In this document: piece by piece, positions 40,962 to 46,142 of the stretch
Numbering within the stretch: position 1 is the stretch's first letter
Layout: every line of letters starts with the position of its first letter
Assembly (NCBI GenBank): GCA_040182905.1
Contig: JARQWU010000057.1
Span: forward strand, 1 to 46,142
Source of the DNA: Barthelona sp. PAP020
Taxonomy: Eukaryota
Length of the DNA: 46,142 bases
Reading direction: 5' to 3'
Notes under the pieces: generated by a model
Seen by the model: only the letters and a program-made list of their open reading frames with translations
Told to the model about the DNA's origin: nothing
The model's database searches: none
Program-made: the position numbers and the translations under genes

Positions 40962-41175
40962 TCTTTCCCTTTTTTGCAAAAATTCAAACAAATATTAAAA
41001 AAATATACAAAATATCAAATCAAAAATAAATCAAATAAATTGAACAATGACAAAAAGCAATTGAAATGGAAATTCAATAATATCCAAAATTGGAAATTCG
41101 GAAAAAAATAAGGAATTTCCTTACTTTTTTTTTATTTTCACATTCTGTGATATGAATGTTCTAAAACTTTTTTAA
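40962..41175. promoter_or_regulatory. Candidate bidirectional promoter region with repeated GGAAATTC motif
   Basis: 214-bp AT-rich gap between divergent starts. TGGAAATTC occurs at 41067-41075 and 41091-41099, with an inverted GAATTTCC at 41113-41120 inside the palindrome TAAGGAA-T-TTCCTTA (41109-41123). Function is inferred from position only. Confidence 0.45.
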
Positions 41176-41397
41176 ATGGGAAGCACAGCGTCATTACTAC
41201 CTAATTATCAACCAATTGCGAAATCGAACTATTTGAGCTTCCATTATGATGCTGAAGGAAGTGTTTTCACAGAACCTTTAAAATCAAAAGATAACACAGA
41301 AAATAAACATATTTATACAATTAGTCCATCATCTTTGGAAATTCAAAATCAGAATCATGACAACATAATGTTTGTCACCAAAACTCAGAGCTCTTAA
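41176..41397 (+). CDS. Hypothetical 73-aa protein, possibly N-myristoylated
   Basis: ATG follows a T-rich tract, the ORF is less AT-rich than its flanks and ends at TAA. It starts MGSTAS (M-G-x-x-x-S motif). No recognisable family. Confidence 0.5.
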   Translation: MGSTASLLPNYQPIAKSNYLSFHYDAEGSVFTEPLKSKDNTENKHIYTISPSSLEIQNQNHDNIMFVTKTQSS

Positions 41398-41499
41398 TTT
41401 TACCAATTAAATTTTAATATAAATTTTTTCAAGTAATTGTCTTCTTTCAATCTTTGGATTTCTTCAGAAATCTCAAAAAATTTTTTTGTATATTTGAAC

Positions 41500-41883
41500 A
41501 TGGAAGTTGTTTCAACCCCTAATGCCCCCCCTGCTGTTGGTTCCTATTCACAGGCTATTAAAGCTAATGGAATGGTTTTCACTTCAGGACAAATTGGACT
41601 AAAACCTGATGGACATTTTGTTAGTGACGATGTCAAAGATCAAACTCTTCAAGTTATGACCAACTTACAAGCTGTTTTGGAAGAAGCTGGAACCTCTTTT
41701 GAATTTGTTACAAGATGTAATGTTTTTGTTGCAAATATGGATGATTTTGGTGTTGTTAATGAAATTTACAAGTCATTCTTTGAACCTTATGGACGTTACC
41801 CTGCTCGTGCTTGTGTTCAAGCTGTAATTCCCAAGGGTGGAAAAGTGGAAATTTTGTGTGATGCCATTATTCCTTCTCAATAA
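41500..41883 (+). CDS. ridA: RidA / YjgF-YER057c-UK114 family reactive imine/enamine deaminase, 127 aa
   Basis: MEVVSTPNAPPAVGSYSQAIKANGMVFTSGQIG...VVNEIYKSFF...YPARACVQA...KVEI. The YSQA, SGQI, catalytic Arg (PAR) and C-terminal Glu motifs are present. The ATG at 41500 is preferred over the upstream TTG in the ORF track. Confidence 0.95.
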   Translation: MEVVSTPNAPPAVGSYSQAIKANGMVFTSGQIGLKPDGHFVSDDVKDQTLQVMTNLQAVLEEAGTSFEFVTRCNVFVANMDDFGVVNEIYKSFFEPYGRYPARACVQAVIPKGGKVEILCDAIIPSQ

Positions 41884-41972
41884 AAATGTTTTGAATTATT
41901 TCTTATTCAGTTGTTTGATAATTTTGTTGAATTTTAACTACTTTTTATTCATAATTTTTTTTATTGATAGAA

Positions 41973-44900
41973 ATGGAGTATTCACTTGTCTGTGGAATAT
42001 ATTCTTCTCCCAAGGTCGATACCAAAGATTTGATACAATCTATAACTATGAAATACAAACCACGATTGTTTCCAATTTTAAAAGAGAACATTTTGAAGAA
42101 AGGAGATAAAAACGTTGATATTGCGAAGTATGGTGAGCTTATTGCAGAATATGTAAAGGAAATTAGTGAACAGGATATTATCAAAACATATGAAATCACT
42201 TTGAATAGTGTGTTGACATTTGACAAAGATTCTAAGGACAAAAACTTAATGACTCCAAGAAAAGGGAAAAGGGCAGCATCTCCCAAAGGAAACAAAAGGA
42301 GTGACAAAAAGAGAAAAGATAAATCAGATTCCAATGAAGTAAACATTTTAAGCAGTTTTAACGATTTACCAGGGACTAATAGTAATTATTTTTGTTGTTT
42401 TGATTTAAATTTTGAACAATTTTCAGAAATGCAAAATAATTTTGACTTCTTGTTTTTGATAGAGATGGAAAATGAGAATTATTGGGCAAAAATATTGTCT
42501 AATATTGAATTAAATATAGCTTATGAAGTTTTTTCAGTGGAAAATGAGATTGATACTGAGGATATTATTGAAGCTATATCTGTTGCGATTGGAAATCATG
42601 TTTTTGCAAAGAAAATGTTTGATGATTATCTGAATAGCTCCGTTGTTATTACAATACCAAGTGAAGTTATTGATGTGTCCAGGAAGGAATATGATGATTA
42701 CGTTGAAAAGATAAAACCATATGAGGACAATGTATCTTTGATTTTATTTGGTATTATTGAACAAACATTGTATAATGTTGGAGAAGTAGACAGAATTACT
42801 ATTCCTCAACCAACTAAAAATTTAAATATTCATAATTTTGCATCGCATTTACCAAAATCTGCACCTCAATCTTTGCATATGATTGAAGACAAAATATTAG
42901 ACATTTATTTGAAGCATAAAATTTTGGCAAACATCAAGACATTTGACGAAAAGGAAAGTTTACAATTAGAAGCATTGCTTGCTAAAGTATCCCAATTTGT
43001 TCCCTTAGCTTCTTATAATATTGATGTTGATTTTGCTGAAACACCTTTTGCTAATTATTCAACTTTGATTATGTTACACCTGGTTGAATTGGGAAAATTT
43101 TTGGAGGAAAAGATGATTGATTTTGAGATGAAGAATATATTTGATACAATTTCTGATCGTATTGGAATGAAACCATTCGATCATAAAAGATTGGCTTTAA
43201 ATATGTTGGAGATTTCCAAAACTTCATCTTTTCATCATTATGAATTTTTTTCTAACTTTTCTAAGCACAAAATCATCATTGATGGAAGTAACAACAATGT
43301 AAAGCCTTCAGTTCTAGAATATGTCACTCAAATTCCAAAAATTACGCTTGAAGTTGTTCCTTCTTTTCTTGAATTTTTAAAAATGAATGGGGATGCGATT
43401 CTTCAAAACATCAATGCAACTCGTAGTAATGCTATTGAGAAGCACAAAGAAAAAGTTTCGCAAGAGTTATTTAGATTGCAGCAAGAAATTTCAACGGTAG
43501 AAGATGAAAACCAGAAGGCTTCAATTGATATGGAGAAGCTTAGACTAATGGTTCCAATAATAATTGATGAACCACAACCTTTAAATCCGTCTTCAAAACC
43601 TCTGTACCAAGGATTGCCAGAAAATTATGAATTTGGTTTCAAAAATAAAATCTTTTGTCCTGCTGATGCTTCTGAAGTGGCAATCACCATTGGAAATATT
43701 GAAAAAGAAAAGTGTAAAGATGTTAAAAAATCATTGGATGAGAGTTCAATTGTTTCCAATGGTATGACCTTGTTAAATATTTTAAAAAGTGGGTGTCAAT
43801 TACAAATGATAAAGAATTCATTTAATATGAATGTTGGAACTTTCAATGTTGAAGTTTCCTTGATTGGAACGGAAGTGAATGAACAAAGAATTATTGTTCG
43901 TTCTTTACAAAACGATTTCATGATGATCAACTTGAATGATGGTCTAATTTCTCAGGTGTGTCATGATGATAAGGAAAGAATTTATCATACATCAATATTG
44001 AATGGTGGATATGTTGGTATTGATGATCTTCACATGTTTTGCAGTGGTAATTGGAGACGTGGTAATGAAATTGTTCAAAATGATAAGTACGGACATATTC
44101 AATCAATTGAAAATGTGGAAGAAGAAAACGAAAAGAAAAAAGTTGCAAAGACTAAAAAAGAAAAAACCAAAAAGGGGAAAAGACCATCTTCTGCTCAACA
44201 GGAAGTTGAGGAAATTGTGGAAGTATATGAAAAAGAAAAGTTTGTGGTCGAAAAAGAGTTAAGAACTGTAGAACCATCAAAGAATGATGTTAAAATTAAA
44301 ATGAGAGAAGATAATGTTGTTTTCTTTGAGACTGAAGAAGTCAATATGATTAAACATCTGGAAGATGTTCGGTTTAATAAGCTAAAACCCTCGGCACATT
44401 CAGATGTTAATTTGTGTTTCAACACTATTTCGTTACGACCAAAATTTATATCATTTCCAAGTGATATCACCATTGTTGAAGAAGTTATTGTTGAGATGCC
44501 AGGTTGTAGAGCTGTTCACCATTTCTTTTCAAAAGGAATACCTTTGGGTTCTATTATTGAGTTGGATGATAAAAATCGCATTGAAATTGTTCCCTTTAAC
44601 TGTTTAGATTCATATGATAGAACGTTTAATCATTTTGTTTGTGGTGTTTCTGTGGAAGGTCATGTTTTGAAAGTTGATTCTTCAGGTATCATATCTTATG
44701 CTGGTTGTGATTATGAAAATGATTGTGCAGTGTTTTTAGAGAAATATGGGGGACATATTCCTAATGTTTCATGGAAAGAACCTCAATATGGAATTTACAG
44801 GTTTTTATATCCCAAATTATGCAATTCTACAGTGACCAGGCATATTGAAAGGGCTGAACCCATTATTGCCACTCCGCCTAATGATTTCCAGTTTCAAATA

Positions 44901-46028
44901 TTGGATTGGGAAGGTATATGTTGGACTGTAACTCCAAGTGGAAATGTGTTTGTTGGAATACCTGATATAAAAATGGAGGTACATAAAAATAAAGAAGAAG
45001 AAGATTTGACCCTTGAAAAAACTTTAGAAGATGTCAAGAAGGATGGGAAAGATAGCAAAAAGAAGAAGGGAAAGGTTAATAAAGAATTAAAGAATAACGA
45101 AGAACCAAATACTGAAGAAATTGATGAGACCAAATTTTTTACCGAAACCGCCAAAATAATTAAAAAAGTTAATGCTGAGCAAGAAGTTCTTCCTTACTTC
45201 AGATTACATTCACGAATATTTATTAGTGATGAAAATGGATGTGGTTTTGAATTGTTAAGAAAAAAAGATTTATTGAAGGAAATGAATCGAATAAAAAAGA
45301 GTTGTGACAACTTTACAGTTCAAACGGCAAACATGAATACTAATATGGAAACTTTTGTTGGTTTGACTAAAATTAGATATCCTGAATCCAAGGATCAATT
45401 GAATGATTATTTTGACGATTTTACAGCATTGATACCAAAAGAATATGAGTCAATGAAACCATTTAAACCAATTACAAAGGAAATTAGAAATAGTGTATTT
45501 TTGATTTTGATGGAGAAGCTTGTTAGTTTGAAAAATATTGATGCCAAACAAATTCAATTGATTAATGAACAACTTGATGAATTCTACAGTTGGGATAGTT
45601 CAACTCAACAATTTTATGACAATAGGATGAGAGAAAACAAAAAAAAAGAAGATTTTTTTGAAGAATATTCTTATGCTCAGTTCGTAAAAGATGTGGAAGC
45701 AAAAGAAAATGAAAATAGCTGTTTACCAGAAAAGATAGAACCTGATTCAGCTGTTAGCAATGATAGATTTGATACTTCTTTTACCAATTTGAAGAAACAA
45801 CAAATTGCTGTTGATTATGATGAATTTGAAATTATTGACAAAGAAAAAAATTCAGTTCATTTTGAAGAAGATCAATTGTCAAATAAAATTGATGCAACAC
45901 AAGAAATTAGTGAAAATAATTATGCCGAAAATTATAATGATGATTTTACAATGTTCGGCAAATTAAGGGAGAATTTGAAACCTTTGAGTCATGAGTCGTT
46001 GCCTGTTGCTCTCACGCCAAAGTCATGA
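41973..46028 (+). CDS. 1351-aa protein; probable divergent PF6/SPAG17 (flagellar central-pair C1a projection) homolog
   Basis: Long open frame from ATG 41973 (MEYSLVCGIY) to TGA; the CDS itself is secure. KMREDNVVFFETEEVNMIKHLEDVRF (~44300), QILDWEGICWTVTPSGN (~44900) and SRIFISDENGCGFELLR (~45210) resemble, in the same order, SPAG17 motifs as I recall them (TREDKV..DHADGTRI, DPEGN.F.V.ADG, PRFFV..ADGSG.ELLR). Lys-rich tracts are also present. The identity is from memory and unsearched. Confidence 0.6.
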   Translation: MEYSLVCGIYSSPKVDTKDLIQSITMKYKPRLFPILKENILKKGDKNVDIAKYGELIAEYVKEISEQDIIKTYEITLNSVLTFDKDSKDKNLMTPRKGKRAASPKGNKRSDKKRKDKSDSNEVNILSSFNDLPGTNSNYFCCFDLNFEQFSEMQNNFDFLFLIEMENENYWAKILSNIELNIAYEVFSVENEIDTEDIIEAISVAIGNHVFAKKMFDDYLNSSVVITIPSEVIDVSRKEYDDYVEKIKPYEDNVSLILFGIIEQTLYNVGEVDRITIPQPTKNLNIHNFASHLPKSAPQSLHMIEDKILDIYLKHKILANIKTFDEKESLQLEALLAKVSQFVPLASYNIDVDFAETPFANYSTLIMLHLVELGKFLEEKMIDFEMKNIFDTISDRIGMKPFDHKRLALNMLEISKTSSFHHYEFFSNFSKHKIIIDGSNNNVKPSVLEYVTQIPKITLEVVPSFLEFLKMNGDAILQNINATRSNAIEKHKEKVSQELFRLQQEISTVEDENQKASIDMEKLRLMVPIIIDEPQPLNPSSKPLYQGLPENYEFGFKNKIFCPADASEVAITIGNIEKEKCKDVKKSLDESSIVSNGMTLLNILKSGCQLQMIKNSFNMNVGTFNVEVSLIGTEVNEQRIIVRSLQNDFMMINLNDGLISQVCHDDKERIYHTSILNGGYVGIDDLHMFCSGNWRRGNEIVQNDKYGHIQSIENVEEENEKKKVAKTKKEKTKKGKRPSSAQQEVEEIVEVYEKEKFVVEKELRTVEPSKNDVKIKMREDNVVFFETEEVNMIKHLEDVRFNKLKPSAHSDVNLCFNTISLRPKFISFPSDITIVEEVIVEMPGCRAVHHFFSKGIPLGSIIELDDKNRIEIVPFNCLDSYDRTFNHFVCGVSVEGHVLKVDSSGIISYAGCDYENDCAVFLEKYGGHIPNVSWKEPQYGIYRFLYPKLCNSTVTRHIERAEPIIATPPNDFQFQILDWEGICWTVTPSGNVFVGIPDIKMEVHKNKEEEDLTLEKTLEDVKKDGKDSKKKKGKVNKELKNNEEPNTEEIDETKFFTETAKIIKKVNAEQEVLPYFRLHSRIFISDENGCGFELLRKKDLLKEMNRIKKSCDNFTVQTANMNTNMETFVGLTKIRYPESKDQLNDYFDDFTALIPKEYESMKPFKPITKEIRNSVFLILMEKLVSLKNIDAKQIQLINEQLDEFYSWDSSTQQFYDNRMRENKKKEDFFEEYSYAQFVKDVEAKENENSCLPEKIEPDSAVSNDRFDTSFTNLKKQQIAVDYDEFEIIDKEKNSVHFEEDQLSNKIDATQEISENNYAENYNDDFTMFGKLRENLKPLSHESLPVALTPKS

Positions 46029-46142
46029 TTTATGTCATGAGAATAATGAGGGGGAGAAGATTTTATAATTGTTTTTTTGAATTTCGAAATTGTGTAAAAA
46101 GATTTTTTGTATATTTATTATTTTTTTATTTTTTTATTTTTT

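Noticed and set aside
12048..39554. RGD tripeptides at 12048-12056, 15981-15989 and 39546-39554
   Set aside because: A few RGDs are expected by chance in 13,600 Gly-rich residues, and these sit at solenoid turn positions. There is no support for integrin binding.
15981..39566. Identical 21-mer atcacctctaagagtaccaga at 15981-16001 and 39546-39566
   Set aside because: It encodes SGTLRGD in both places using preferred codons and the flanks are dissimilar. It is explained by the protein repeat, not a mobile-element end or CRISPR repeat.
5..40855. Short minus-strand ORFs in the track (e.g. 5..313, 21602..21925, 39929..40198)
   Set aside because: All are in one alternative frame overlapping the giant ORF. 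Their Leu/Met/Val-rich sequences are the off-frame reading of its biased codons.
192..40934. Dozens of 60-117 aa plus-strand ORFs in the ORF track
   Set aside because: They are antisense shadows of the giant minus-strand CDS, many with TTG/GTG starts and none with recognisable motifs.
1..40961. Alternative genetic code, or a fragmented pseudogene, as the reason for the apparent lack of long ORFs
   Set aside because: The standard code already gives one continuous frame. The absence from the track is explained by the missing stop at the window edge.
1..40961. Classical bacterial autotransporter or two-partner secretion locus
   Set aside because: No beta-barrel or transporter gene is visible in the window, although the C-terminus is unseen. 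EGF/PSI domains, sequon density and a PF6-like neighbour point to a eukaryote.
41437..41972. Upstream TTG starts given for ridA (41437) and the 1354-aa ORF (41964)
   Set aside because: The extensions lie in T-rich spacer sequence. The ATGs at 41500 and 41973 fit a eukaryotic context and the normal RidA length.
41837..45154. Overlapping small ORFs (41837..42109, 41945..42346, 43927..44148, 44002..44262, 44195..44473, 44404..44607, 44894..45154)
   Set aside because: They are off-frame or antisense shadows of the Lys/Glu-rich long CDS.

Overview
AT-rich, gene-dense, apparently intron-free DNA, most consistent with a flagellated microbial eukaryote using the standard genetic code. About 89% of the window is one feature the supplied ORF track misses: a minus-strand reading frame from ATG at 40961 that runs off the left edge with no stop found. 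It has at least 13,653 codons and is 3'-incomplete. The protein starts with a signal peptide and a Cys-rich N-terminal cap. Thousands of residues of Gly-turn beta-solenoid-like rungs follow (about 17-19 aa each), grouped into degenerate super-repeats of about 260-300 aa. It also carries a tandem EGF pair (aa ~5832-5891) followed by a second cap motif, a ~260 aa inserted domain (possibly LamG/ConA-like), and a truncated EGF plus a PSI domain at the window edge. It looks like a giant secreted or surface rod protein combining bacterial-passenger-like repeats with eukaryotic adhesion modules. To the right, on the opposite strand, are a candidate 73-aa myristoylated microprotein, a RidA (YjgF/UK114) gene and a 1351-aa probable PF6/SPAG17 central-pair homolog. 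No RNA genes, CRISPR arrays or mobile elements were seen. All family assignments are by eye from manual translation; no database searches were run.
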